DNA of 64,000 nt, taken from Acholeplasma sp. (GTDB taxonomy: Bacteria > Bacillota_I > Bacilli_A > Acholeplasmatales > UBA5453). The stretch spans positions 1 through 64,000 of the forward strand of contig JAVBWN010000031.1 of the NCBI GenBank assembly GCA_036677365.1, written 5' to 3'. The notes below the pieces were generated by a model. The model was not told where the DNA came from, did no database searches, and saw only the letters and a program-made list of their open reading frames with translations. Position 1 is the stretch's first letter. Every line of letters begins with the position of its first letter. A program made the position numbers and the translations under genes. Of this stretch, positions 10,078 through 20,465 are shown piece after piece.

Positions 10078-12425
10078 GTATTTAAGTAGCAAAAATTTAG
10101 AGGGTAGCAAAACTACATCTAATGCCATTACATCATACCATTTGTATTTAGGTAGCAAAAATTTAGAGGGTAGCAAAACAATCGTATGTCGCTAGTTCAT
10201 CAGAATACGGTATTTAGGTAGCAAAAATTTAGAGGGTAGCAAAACTCGAAAAATCAATATGTTATTCTGTTTTATTGTATTTAGGTAGCAAAAATTTAGA
10301 GGGTAGCAAAACTGGTTAATATTTCTAGTACCAACATTTTTTGTATTTAGGTAGCAAAAATTTAGAGGGTAGCAAAACAAGCATCGATTGATTGTTTATC
10401 CATTTTGAGTATTTAGGTAGCAAAAATTTAGAGGGTAGCAAAACCTGATTTACGCCATACTTTCGTTTTCATACGTATTTAGGTAGCAAAAATTTAGAGG
10501 GTAGCAAAACGTTACATCATCAGCAAATACAATTGTTCCAGTATTTAGGTAGCAAAAATTTAGAGGGTAGCAAAACTTGCTTCTAACGTTAAAGAAGCAA
10601 AAAGAAGTATTTAGGTAGCAAAAATTTAGAGGGTAGCAAAACTATACTTTATTATATTGATAGTACTATTTAGTATTTAGGTAGCAAAAATTTAGAGGGT
10701 AGCAAAACCCATAACAAGAGTGTGTTGACTGTTTTACGAGTATTTAGGTAGCAAAAATTTAGAGGGTAGCAAAACACGATATGGTGGGATATTATCGGGC
10801 TCATAGTATTTAGGTAGCAAAAATTTAGAGGGTAGCAAAACAATCTATACAGACAATTACACTGCCAATAAGTATTTAGGTAGCAAAAATTTAGAGGGTA
10901 GCAAAACATGTACTCAGGTACAGGCGCTATGCGTTTCGTATTTAGGTAGCAAAAATTTAGAGGGTAGCAAAACATGCAAACTTGAAGTATTTCCAAGTAT
11001 TAAGTATTTAGGTAGCAAAAATTTAGAGGGTAGCAAAACTGAAATCATACGCATGGGATGGTTCAGACAGTATTTAGGTAGCAAAAATTTAGAGGGTAGC
11101 AAAACCTAGCGAAGAATATATCACTATTAGATACTGTATTTAGGTAGCAAAAATTTAGAGGGTAGCAAAACTGATTTTCACTCGCATATAACCCCAGTTG
11201 TGTATTTAGGTAGCAAAAATTTAGAGGGTAGCAAAACTACCTTTATAAAGGTAAGAAAAAGAGGATAGTATTTAGGTAGCAAAAATTTAGAGGGTAGCAA
11301 AACTAGGCTAGGGATACCATAGAGAGGATTTGCGTATTTAGGTAGCAAAAATTTAGAGGGTAGCAAAACAAAAGGAACTACTGCAACCACCTGGATGCAG
11401 TATTTAGGTAGCAAAAATTTAGAGGGTAGCAAAACTATCTGATGATGTTTGCCATCATGGCAGCTGTATTTAGGTAGCAAAAATTTAGAGGGTAGCAAAA
11501 CAGTCATTGAAGGTTCCAAGTATCTTTTCCAGTATTTAGGTAGCAAAAATTTAGAGGGTAGCAAAACATAAGCAATACGTGGTTGATTCTAACGGCGGTA
11601 TTTAGGTAGCAAAAATTTAGAGGGTAGCAAAACTACGATAAAACTAAGCTACAAGCTTCTGATGTATTTAGGTAGCAAAAATTTAGAGGGTAGCAAAACG
11701 TGTAATCCCACCCACCTGTAAGATTATTAGTATTTAGGTAGCAAAAATTTAGAGGGTAGCAAAACACCCCCTTAAGTGGGCATTTGGATTGATGAGTATT
11801 TAGGTAGCAAAAATTTAGAGGGTAGCAAAACGACATGCGTTATAAACAGTCTAAAGACTTCGTATTTAGGTAGCAAAAATTTAGAGGGTAGCAAAACAGT
11901 TAGTGTTACATACACCCACAGCCGATGGTATTTAGGTAGCAAAAATTTAGAGGGTAGCAAAACGCTATAACCTGTGCATTAAATCCACTTGAAGTATTTA
12001 GGTAGCAAAAATTTAGAGGGTAGCAAAACCTAACTTCTTCTAACGGTCTAAACTTTTCAGTATTTAGGTAGCAAAAATTTAGAGGGTAGCAAAACCTAGT
12101 TTAACGCTTTCGTTGGTAACATGGAGTATTTAGGTAGCAAAAATTTAGAGGGTAGCAAAACAGTGAGTTGGCACAAGTTCAGAGTATTTCTGTATTTAGG
12201 TAGCAAAAATTTAGAGGGTAGCAAAACATGGTTATAAAAACCCATATGATGTTTCTCGTATTTAGGTAGCAAAAATTTAGAGGGTAGCAAAACGCGATAA
12301 CCTGTGCGTTTGAACCATTAGAAGTATTTAGGTAGCAAAAATTTAGAGGGTAGCAAAACTTGCAACCACAAATCCGATGCCAATACTTAGTATTTAGGTA
12401 GCAAAAATTTAGAGGGTAGCAAAAC
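10078..12425 (-). CRISPR. Type II-A CRISPR array: 36 repeats of 36 bp (GTTTTGCTACCCTCTAAATTTTTGCTACCTAAATAC), 35 internal spacers of 30-31 bp, plus a further spacer and degenerate terminal repeat at 10012-10077
   Basis: Repeats counted directly at ~66-bp period; the copy at 10078 carries one substitution; leader with ATTTGAG on the csn2 side gives minus orientation. Confidence 0.98.
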
Positions 12426-12456
12426 CTCAAATTAATTATATCATTTTATTTGAATT
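12426..12456 (-). promoter_or_regulatory. CRISPR leader with extended -10 (TGATATAAT) and leader-anchoring motif ATTTGAG
   Basis: Minus strand ...AAAATGATATAATTAATTTGAG|GTTTTG; ATTTGAG is a known type II-A leader-end motif. Confidence 0.8.
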
Positions 12457-13338
12457 TTAGAGATATTTTGTAATTTTTTGACCGAAGAATTCATCTTTGT
12501 TGAGATAAGCTGATAAATACTCTTTTAACAAATCCATTGACATTTGAAATTCTGCTTCCATTATTATTTCGTTATATAAATCCACTTCATTAGCAAAATC
12601 TATAATCTTGCTTGAAAAATTAACAACATTATTGACATTCGTTTTTATTTTGTCTTCAGTAATTATTAGGAAATTCAAATTGGAAATTCGATGATCCTCC
12701 ACCACTTTCATCAATTGATTTGACAGCTCTAAGGTTTCTATACAAATAATGTATTCATTATGGGGATTCATTTCTGCAATCTTTTTAACTATTCTTACTT
12801 GAAGTTCGATTAAGTTCGTTATACTTATGTCATACATATTCATTTTTGAATCATCTTTATATAAGTTCAGTTCAATTAATTTAAGAATTGTCTTCAGTGA
12901 TATTTCTGGCAAAATCGCTTTGATTTCAATCTCAGATTCGATAACATTTAACATATCCTCAATCATTATTTCCAAGTCTTTAAATAGGTTGTTTATTGTC
13001 TGAATCAATGGTTCGTACTCAATATTAACCAAAGCCGATTCTAAGTACTTTAGTGAAAGTGACTTAGATCCTAATTTCAGATCATAGTCAAAATCAAACC
13101 TCGACTGTATTTCATAGTACTTCCATCTTTTGGTGTCCAAAGGTTTATCGTCAATTTTTATTCCACAAACCAGACCATTCTCTATCGCATATTCTGTTGA
13201 ATCAATTCCGAAAAAATGTCTTCTTAATGTTCTAATAACTTCATATTTTAGTTCTATGTTGCTCCCTGTGATAAACTTTAAGGGACCAAAACTAAAATTG
13301 ATTTTTTGATTGTTTATTGTAATATCAATTTTGTGCAT
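12457..13338 (-). CDS. csn2: CRISPR-associated Csn2, long (Csn2-St-like) form
   Basis: Position between cas2 and array; N-terminus ITGSNIELKYEVIRTLRRHFFG resembles long Csn2; 293 aa. Confidence 0.8.
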   Translation of the reverse strand: MHKIDITINNQKINFSFGPLKFITGSNIELKYEVIRTLRRHFFGIDSTEYAIENGLVCGIKIDDKPLDTKRWKYYEIQSRFDFDYDLKLGSKSLSLKYLESALVNIEYEPLIQTINNLFKDLEIMIEDMLNVIESEIEIKAILPEISLKTILKLIELNLYKDDSKMNMYDISITNLIELQVRIVKKIAEMNPHNEYIICIETLELSNQLMKVVEDHRISNLNFLIITEDKIKTNVNNVVNFSSKIIDFANEVDLYNEIIMEAEFQMSMDLLKEYLSAYLNKDEFFGQKITKYL

Positions 13339-13346
13339 TATGCCTC

Positions 13347-13670
13347 CTATAAAAGAATCAGTGGATCAATTGTTAAAATACGCTCTTGGCGACTAATCCC
13401 TCCAATAATAATTTCCATTTTTGAATATTGCTTTTCAGTTAACATTAAGAGTCTAATTTGTCCCTTTTTAGGACATTCTTTCTTTAAGATAGATATATGA
13501 TTCGTAGCTGCATCTCGATTAGGTAAGATTTTCGAATATACTGAGTATTGCAACATTAAGTAACCTTTTGATATGAGATATTTTCTGAATAAAGCATAAG
13601 TTCGTCGATCTTTTTTGGATTTAACTGGTAAATCAAACATTACAATGAGTCTCATAATTTCATAATCCAT
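13347..13670 (-). CDS. cas2: CRISPR-associated endonuclease Cas2
   Basis: MRLIVMFDLP, GYLMLQYSVY, LTEKQY; likely start MDYEIM at 13670. Confidence 0.95.
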   Translation of the reverse strand: MDYEIMRLIVMFDLPVKSKKDRRTYALFRKYLISKGYLMLQYSVYSKILPNRDAATNHISILKKECPKKGQIRLLMLTEKQYSKMEIIIGGISRQERILTIDPLILL

Positions 13671-14556
13671 TAAATAATAACCTTGGATGATGAATTTGTT
13701 TTTCTTCATTTGATTCCAGAATGGATATAATGTGATCGATATACTCTCTTATTGTATTAGTTACTGTCTGTTTTGCATCCTTAAACTCAATATTATATGT
13801 AGTTAATTTAATCAACTCTAAACGATGATCTTTGGTAAAGATTTTTTCGTTAATTAAATGGTTATGAACCCATAAATCAATATGAGGACGAAATGGTTCT
13901 ATAATGTCATCCGCCAAATTGAATAAATTAGTCGGGCCTTTGTGAAATATCCCCAATGAAGGGTGATATCCCTTAGCTAAGATATATTTGGCAATTTGCG
14001 ATCTTATTATGGCATAACCATAATTCATAGCTGCATTGATAATGTCTTCCTCAAATCTTTTAAAATCCGAACCAAATAGTGCACGGAAATACATTTTTGC
14101 TGCTAAACCTTCACGATTGCTATTATCTCCTAATTCAACTTGATTGTGAAAAGTTTCGAGATGATTAATTACCTCTTCAGACTTATTCAGATGTTTTAAC
14201 ACAGATAATTGATTGAAAATTTTAGATTTAATGATTTGTTGATGTACATATTTTTTTTGTAAAGAATCCCATTCAATCTGCCTTCTCAAATTAATTGATA
14301 CCTGAGAAGCCCCACCATATGGAATGACCAACGATGAGGGTAAATGCTCAATATTACAAAGTACAACATTGATATTATTTTCACATAAAGCATTTAATAA
14401 ATGTACGGATAATGTTGTTTTATAGTTGTCAATGATGATGGTGTTAATATCAGCCAATGGAATTAAGATGTCATCTTCATTTTTGACTATCTTCATATTG
14501 TCTAAATAAAGTGACAGATAGTCAGATTCTTCGATATAAATAATTCTCCAACTCAT
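13660..14556 (-). CDS. cas1: Type II Cas1 integrase
   Basis: MSWRIIYI start, NREGLAAKMYF, NAAMNYGYAIIRS, LGIFH, NLADDIIEPFRP. Confidence 0.95.
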   Translation of the reverse strand: MSWRIIYIEESDYLSLYLDNMKIVKNEDDILIPLADINTIIIDNYKTTLSVHLLNALCENNINVVLCNIEHLPSSLVIPYGGASQVSINLRRQIEWDSLQKKYVHQQIIKSKIFNQLSVLKHLNKSEEVINHLETFHNQVELGDNSNREGLAAKMYFRALFGSDFKRFEEDIINAAMNYGYAIIRSQIAKYILAKGYHPSLGIFHKGPTNLFNLADDIIEPFRPHIDLWVHNHLINEKIFTKDHRLELIKLTTYNIEFKDAKQTVTNTIREYIDHIISILESNEEKQIHHPRLLFNGL

Positions 14557-14560
14557 AATA

Positions 14561-14667
14561 TAAAAAAGAGAACCCACTCGAAAGTGGGTTCGATTTCGGG
14601 AATATCTCCCTTGTCTTGCTAGGTCCTCTAAACCTTTGCTACCTAAGTATCCCTGCTACGAGGATAC
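14561..14667 (-). ncRNA. tracrRNA
   Basis: Anti-repeat at 14613-14650 (plus strand GTCTTGCTAGGTCCTCTAAACCTTTGCTACCTAAGTAT matches the repeat), nexus-like GGGAGATATTCCC, terminator GAACCCACT-TTCG-AGTGGGTTC plus U tract; TGTTATAAT at 14674-14682; 5' end estimated from the promoter. Confidence 0.9.
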
Positions 14668-14684
14668 ATTAGTATTATAACAAA

Positions 14685-17600
14685 TTATATTTCCAGTTTC
14701 AAGACCTCTTTATTAGCAACGAACAACTTTCCAATTGTATTTACATGATACTTTTGAATGGACTTAATTTTTTTACCGATAGATACTGTAATCTGTTTAT
14801 CATCTTTTTTTGTTATTGATTTTACTTCAATTCGATTCATCGAGTCATTAGAGGTACCAATGAACCTATAAGTTGAAGATTTTCCATCAAATGTCACTAT
14901 TTCAACAATTTCATTTCGATATAACGAATATTGAAAATGATAAGCGCTATCAATGGATTTTTCTTCAAGTTTCTCTCTATATAAACTCCTGGAAACAATA
15001 TATCTATTGTCTTGTTTTTTGAAATTACTATATCTAAGTGTAATAAACTTGTACTCTCCATCGTCTGATTTATATAAATCAATTCGATAAGGGGATACTT
15101 GAAGCAATACAACTTTCTTTTTATCAGATCGAGATTTAGTAATATCGATACTGTTGCCTAACTGATCTTCTTTGTATTTTAAATCAGTAATAACTGGTCC
15201 ATCAATTTTACCATGTTTTCTCAACTTCCCGTGGTTTTGCTGATATGCAAGAAATGGTTTTGGTTCATGTCTATACTGCAGGTATGCTTTTTCAACATGG
15301 TCATAAGATACTTTATCGTGCATGTACATGAGTAAATTTTGTTTCTTTTTATCGTCTTCGAATATTTTTGCAAGATCGTCTTTCTTCATTTCATAAATGT
15401 TCTTATATTTTTTTATGACGTAATGGGTACCACCAAAACTACGAGTAGAATAGATTGTTTGATCGGATATGCTACGGTTTGGTTTAGTATCTTTTTTCCA
15501 AGAAAATCGAATGTCATTATCGCTCAAATTGCTTATCGATTTACAAAACATAATGAACTTACTATCTTTCTTCGGATCTGCTTCAAATAGCTCACCAGTT
15601 TTTGGATTGTGTACAATACCCGACTCATTCTTAGTTACATTGAATAAGTAACTAAAAAGCTTTTGGTTGCTTAATCCAGCGATAATCAAAGCATCTATTG
15701 CATGATGTGAATATATATTTCGATCCTTATTAAATGGGTTATTATCATTTGAATCCGGATTATCTCTATACCATTGAGTTTTTGCAATATTTCTAAATAA
15801 ATCCGTTTGTTTTCCTTTTATAGTAGTTACAGTTGTCTCAATGTTATGATTCTCAAAATATTGTTTTAATGTCATCATGAATGCCTTAATGGCATAAGAT
15901 GTATCCACGAGATTTCGATTAATAAATTCTTTCATGACATCGTACTTTGTTATATCTCTTTCATCCAATAAATTTGCTTTTTTATAGCGAGAAATATTTG
16001 GGTTATTTAGCACAATTTCTTTAAATGTCTCATAATTTTGAATCAAAAAGCGACTATCTACTTTGCCAGACTTAAAATAACTAAATGGTGTTAAGTTCCC
16101 TTTGATTTGATTTGCTAATGGTGTAATTAATACCTTGTTATGATACGAATCATCCAATGAAATCGAAAATGGAATGATGTGATCTACTTCATATGCTTTA
16201 GGATCAGTAATCAGTTTATGTAGGTTTATTTGTGTTCCCGAGTAGGCACATTTACCATTTTGTTCTTTATAAAGTCTGAGTTTTTGAATCATGATTGGTT
16301 TTACATCTATATTCGTATCTCCAATCAATTCTTTAAGTTCATTCTCAGCTTCTAGTTTAGATTTTTCTTGTTTCTTTTGTCGATCTCTAATAGTAGCAGC
16401 CTGTTCTTTAGAATTTTTATCTCGTGTTGTTTCTATAACTATTCGATCAAATTGTCCATAGGTTTTCATTAGAGCATCCACAACTTTAAATGCTTCCTGT
16501 TGGGCTCTCCTTGCCACAGGTGATAAAATAACACTATCGCTTAATGAAAGGGTATTGTTGATGTTCAACTTATCGGTTAGTTTGATGATTTGTTGGGCAT
16601 TATAATCATCGTTCAATAATTCATTATCTAATATCCTTAATGCCTTTAGTGAGAATGAATGGTAACCATTTATACCACTTAACTCTGCTAAAACTTTAAC
16701 TGATTTTGGAGTTAATCCCAAAGTTTCAAGCAATTTAACTCTTTCATCAATGACTAATGTAGATGTCAAAATTTCGGCTATTGTATCATATAAATCGTTA
16801 TTAAATGAATCCAAATTTGTCTCATCGTTTAGTGCTTTTCTAATCTTAAAGTAACCTTCAAGTTCTGAAATTAATGGTTCATTCTTATTGTTCACTCTAA
16901 ACCCTTTAATATCTGATAAATCAAAACCTAGTTGTTTTAATAAACCTTTTACACCTTTAGGTTTAAAATATCCATTATGAATTAAGAACTGAAGGGCTTT
17001 TTCTTTTTCATCTCTCGATAGTTTACGATTATCTTGAGAAATTATAGTCAGGTTATTTAAGTCATTCAATAAATTATAAATTTCAGCTGACAGTGCATTT
17101 TTAGGTGCTCTTAATTCCTCCGGATAAATTGAACATTTACCCCGCATGATTTCGATTAAATTTAGGGGTTGTTTGTTAATAATATCACCAGATGATAGTA
17201 CAAGGTAATCAATACCCTCACGATGAATTGTAAACTTAGCTTTTTTATATTGGTTTCGCTCAATCTCAGTAAAACTAGAGATAAGATCATGTTTAATTTT
17301 TTGCTCAACACTTCTATATCTGCCGTATGGGGTTGGCGAATTCAAACTACCTGGTCCATCTGAAAAGTGACGTCTTCTTCTAATGATGGATAAAACACTT
17401 GATGTGAACTTATCTGACATTTCCTGTACAAAGAGCATTTGTTTTATTTCATTTTCATACTGAATGGTTCTATATACATTTTCATGACCACGAATGCTTC
17501 CAAACTGGTTTAAAGCATCTATTTGAAGATGAACTATGTGTTTTTCTTTATGTAACATGTTATCATGCTTTTGAAGAATGAACTTCGGACTTTCTTCATT

Positions 17601-17978
17601 TTTCGTTTCTTCTACTGTCTCTAAATTCGAACCCCGACGCTTTGAATATTGAATTAATGCGGAAGCCAATTCATCAGCGGTTAATTTGCATGTTAAACCT
17701 TTTAATCGAGAATGATATGGATCTGCTTTAGGTTTGTAGTCAATTACTGGGATGATTTTATTATCAAAAAGTAGTTGACGCATATCTAAAATTCGTAATT
17801 TCCTACGATTTTTTAAACGTCTTTGACTTCTAAAACTGCGTCGTTTTGTATTGTCTTCAGAATCTGCCTCTTCAAAAAGCCGAACGCCTGCTTTAACTAT
17901 TTTATTGCTATCATCTATGATTCCCCAACCAACTGAAGTAATACCAATATCTAAACCAAGTATTAGTTTTTTATCCAT
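14685..17978 (-). CDS. cas9: Type II-A Cas9, compact (1097 aa)
   Basis: RuvC-I LGLDIGITSVGW, Arg-rich bridge helix, RuvC-II IVIETTR, HNH EVDHIIPFSISLDDSYHNKVL, RuvC-III HHAIDA. Confidence 0.98.
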   Translation of the reverse strand: MDKKLILGLDIGITSVGWGIIDDSNKIVKAGVRLFEEADSEDNTKRRSFRSQRRLKNRRKLRILDMRQLLFDNKIIPVIDYKPKADPYHSRLKGLTCKLTADELASALIQYSKRRGSNLETVEETKNEESPKFILQKHDNMLHKEKHIVHLQIDALNQFGSIRGHENVYRTIQYENEIKQMLFVQEMSDKFTSSVLSIIRRRRHFSDGPGSLNSPTPYGRYRSVEQKIKHDLISSFTEIERNQYKKAKFTIHREGIDYLVLSSGDIINKQPLNLIEIMRGKCSIYPEELRAPKNALSAEIYNLLNDLNNLTIISQDNRKLSRDEKEKALQFLIHNGYFKPKGVKGLLKQLGFDLSDIKGFRVNNKNEPLISELEGYFKIRKALNDETNLDSFNNDLYDTIAEILTSTLVIDERVKLLETLGLTPKSVKVLAELSGINGYHSFSLKALRILDNELLNDDYNAQQIIKLTDKLNINNTLSLSDSVILSPVARRAQQEAFKVVDALMKTYGQFDRIVIETTRDKNSKEQAATIRDRQKKQEKSKLEAENELKELIGDTNIDVKPIMIQKLRLYKEQNGKCAYSGTQINLHKLITDPKAYEVDHIIPFSISLDDSYHNKVLITPLANQIKGNLTPFSYFKSGKVDSRFLIQNYETFKEIVLNNPNISRYKKANLLDERDITKYDVMKEFINRNLVDTSYAIKAFMMTLKQYFENHNIETTVTTIKGKQTDLFRNIAKTQWYRDNPDSNDNNPFNKDRNIYSHHAIDALIIAGLSNQKLFSYLFNVTKNESGIVHNPKTGELFEADPKKDSKFIMFCKSISNLSDNDIRFSWKKDTKPNRSISDQTIYSTRSFGGTHYVIKKYKNIYEMKKDDLAKIFEDDKKKQNLLMYMHDKVSYDHVEKAYLQYRHEPKPFLAYQQNHGKLRKHGKIDGPVITDLKYKEDQLGNSIDITKSRSDKKKVVLLQVSPYRIDLYKSDDGEYKFITLRYSNFKKQDNRYIVSRSLYREKLEEKSIDSAYHFQYSLYRNEIVEIVTFDGKSSTYRFIGTSNDSMNRIEVKSITKKDDKQITVSIGKKIKSIQKYHVNTIGKLFVANKEVLKLEI

Positions 17979-18371
17979 TTTATCTATCCTTTCAATAATT
18001 AGAATCTTCTCATTAACTTTATTATATCAGTTAACTGTAACGGTTACAATAAACAGAAACAAATAACCTAATAATAAATATATGTTACATTCATAAGCCA
18101 ATAATACCCAAGCCAAAAGGGTTAAACTGTAAAATAATTCATTTGCCTTAAATAATATATGTCCTCATTTTTAAAAATAGAGCCCCAAAATCCAGTTAAA
18201 CAATAAAACCATGCCTTTACCGCACGGTTTAATTGCTATTATTGCAGATTATTTAATTACGCATCAGAAGACAAACTCAAGTAACGCACAATATGTTCAA
18301 TTTTAATCATCGAAAGACAGTAAATTATGAAACAAAATTGATTCTACTTATTGTGAAATAATTTGAACTAA

Positions 18372-20465
18372 TCATCTATTGTTTGTTGGAAGGTATTTCG
18401 ATACGATTTTAATTATTTCTTCACCGTACTTACTTACTTGCGTTATGCTTAATTTACACTCGGATACCAATTGTTGTGTTGTCTTCGGCAACGAGACCGA
18501 TATTTTATCGATTTGCTTGTTTGTTAATATATAGTATGCTGGAACCGTTTTGTTAAGTTCACTATACTTTCTTTTTCTAAAATCCATTAAGGCATCTGAC
18601 AACTGTGGTTTGTCTATGTCTTCAATCTCTTCAGCTGATAACAATCTAGCAAAATTTTCTTGTGATTTTGGTGATAAGTATCTATTTAATACCTCATAAC
18701 CGAATTTGGAATCCGTTCTGAATTTAAATGCTACATAGGTTAATACATGACGATAATAACTATTATCATTTTTTGTAAAATTTGAATAGGCATAGGCAGG
18801 ATTTTGTTCCTTAAACCTTAAATATGTTGGTATTGCTATTTCTTTGAATATGAAATCAAACAAGTCATAGCTTCTAGATCTTTTAGTAAATTCATCGAAA
18901 TCTTCTATTAATATTATTTGACCAATATCATTTTGCGATACATAAGGCATAAATTCATTTGTTTTTGTAGGAAACAATGAATCATGTTTGCTTAGTAAGT
19001 ACCTTAATTCATCGTTGTAGTACATTTTGGTTAGGAATCCCAATACACCTAACATCCAAAAGAACCCATTTTTTGCCATACCAATCAATTCTGGTGAACT
19101 TTGAGCATCTCTAGATATGTAATTTTTCCATTTATGATATTCGATTTTTAAAAATTGAAATGACATCAATAAATTTGAACTGTATGTATTTTTATATATT
19201 TTTCTGTAATATGGTTCATGTGATAACATTTTATTTTTACTATTTCTAGCAAGACCAGGATGCTGATAGATAAATGAAAATATCATTTGACCCATTTCAT
19301 CATTAGTAGCATTTTGCCATGGTTCCTTATAAATCGTTTTATTGATTTTTTCACCGCGTTTAACCTGAAGAAATATACCAATATCGTTCATTTGTTTTTT
19401 AAGTCTATGTTGTTCAATTCTATTTGCAATAAGATCCTTAGTTTTAATTGGTTTTTGTGTATTACTTGTTTCTGCGATTTTTGTTAAAAATAGTAGATTT
19501 TCCTCATAGTTGTCATATTTAGGTTTAATGATTTTACATAATATTGGAAAATCTTCTTCAAACTCTGTATTACCAATCAAATTTGTTGTTTGACCGCCAT
19601 TGACAATTGAAAAGTTTGATAAATGTATTATGTCATCTTCTATCCAGTAATCTTCACAAGTAATGATAATGCCATTATTAAAATACCAAAATTTTTCTGG
19701 TTCAAATTGAATTGTGTGCTTTATGTTTTCATCAATTTTGGCTGATTTTACATAGTATCTGAGATTACTTGCAAATAATCCATTATTAGCAGATTTAATA
19801 AACACTTCCTTTAGTGATTTAGCTGATATACTTGTCACAATAGATTTTTCATTCCCATGATACATTAGTGAGTTTTTGTCCAGTAAATTGAGTTGTCCTT
19901 GCTTTACGAATAATGTCGGTGAGTCAATGTCAAATAGCGTCTCCTGAATATCATCTCCAAAAATGATGTTAAAACTAATAGTACTTAACTGTCCTTTATA
20001 GTTTGATATTACATTTTTAAGTTCACTTTTAAGGGTGAAATCCAAAAAAGCATCTGATAAAAGCATGACATTTAATTCGGAATGGTTTATCGCATTTAGT
20101 TTTAACAACTGCTCCCTAATGGATCTTGTTTCGTTATTACTAATCCCATTAATTGCATTAACAATCAATTGGTCAATTTTGTCCAATCTTGAAATGATTT
20201 TTGCTGGGTCAAGTTCTTCTTTTCTAACAGTTCCATAGATGTCAAAACTTTGTTCATCAACTAGACTTGGCATTATAGCTTGAATATAACTATTTTTGAT
20301 AATGTTATCTTCCAACTCATCGATAGCGACTGGATCTGCATTATAAACTTGATAATGCAAAAATAGTCTTGGTAGCAATTCCTCTATATCTGAGTTCTTG
20401 CTGATTATTGTATGATCATTCTCAAAATAAAGTTCAACCAATTCTCCATAATATTTATCAAACAT
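18372..20465 (-). CDS. AIPR family protein with C-terminal HRDC-like domain
   Basis: LFASNLRYY, FWYFNNGIII, SIVNGGQTT, SNTQKPIKTKDL; C-terminal ALMDFRK...VPAYYILTNKQI...LPKT...KYGEEII. Confidence 0.85.
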   Translation of the reverse strand: MFDKYYGELVELYFENDHTIISKNSDIEELLPRLFLHYQVYNADPVAIDELEDNIIKNSYIQAIMPSLVDEQSFDIYGTVRKEELDPAKIISRLDKIDQLIVNAINGISNNETRSIREQLLKLNAINHSELNVMLLSDAFLDFTLKSELKNVISNYKGQLSTISFNIIFGDDIQETLFDIDSPTLFVKQGQLNLLDKNSLMYHGNEKSIVTSISAKSLKEVFIKSANNGLFASNLRYYVKSAKIDENIKHTIQFEPEKFWYFNNGIIITCEDYWIEDDIIHLSNFSIVNGGQTTNLIGNTEFEEDFPILCKIIKPKYDNYEENLLFLTKIAETSNTQKPIKTKDLIANRIEQHRLKKQMNDIGIFLQVKRGEKINKTIYKEPWQNATNDEMGQMIFSFIYQHPGLARNSKNKMLSHEPYYRKIYKNTYSSNLLMSFQFLKIEYHKWKNYISRDAQSSPELIGMAKNGFFWMLGVLGFLTKMYYNDELRYLLSKHDSLFPTKTNEFMPYVSQNDIGQIILIEDFDEFTKRSRSYDLFDFIFKEIAIPTYLRFKEQNPAYAYSNFTKNDNSYYRHVLTYVAFKFRTDSKFGYEVLNRYLSPKSQENFARLLSAEEIEDIDKPQLSDALMDFRKRKYSELNKTVPAYYILTNKQIDKISVSLPKTTQQLVSECKLSITQVSKYGEEIIKIVSKYLPTNNR

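Noticed and set aside
10577..10606. Spacer with an 8-bp internal inverted repeat (TTGCTTCT/AGAAGCAA)
   Set aside because: Single instance, plausible by chance, and mostly lost after 5' trimming of the guide
10048..12389. Possible self-targeting of the prophage-like region by spacers
   Set aside because: No match seen by eye within the window; not exhaustive, needs BLASTn-short against the full genome
10192..12430. Many short ORFs with FCYPLNFCYLNT or LLPSKFLLPKY repeats
   Set aside because: These are translations of the CRISPR repeat, not genes
17979..18371. Possible extra ncRNA or second tracrRNA upstream of cas9
   Set aside because: No repeat complementarity or convincing structure seen; only a TGATATAAT promoter element near 18021-18029
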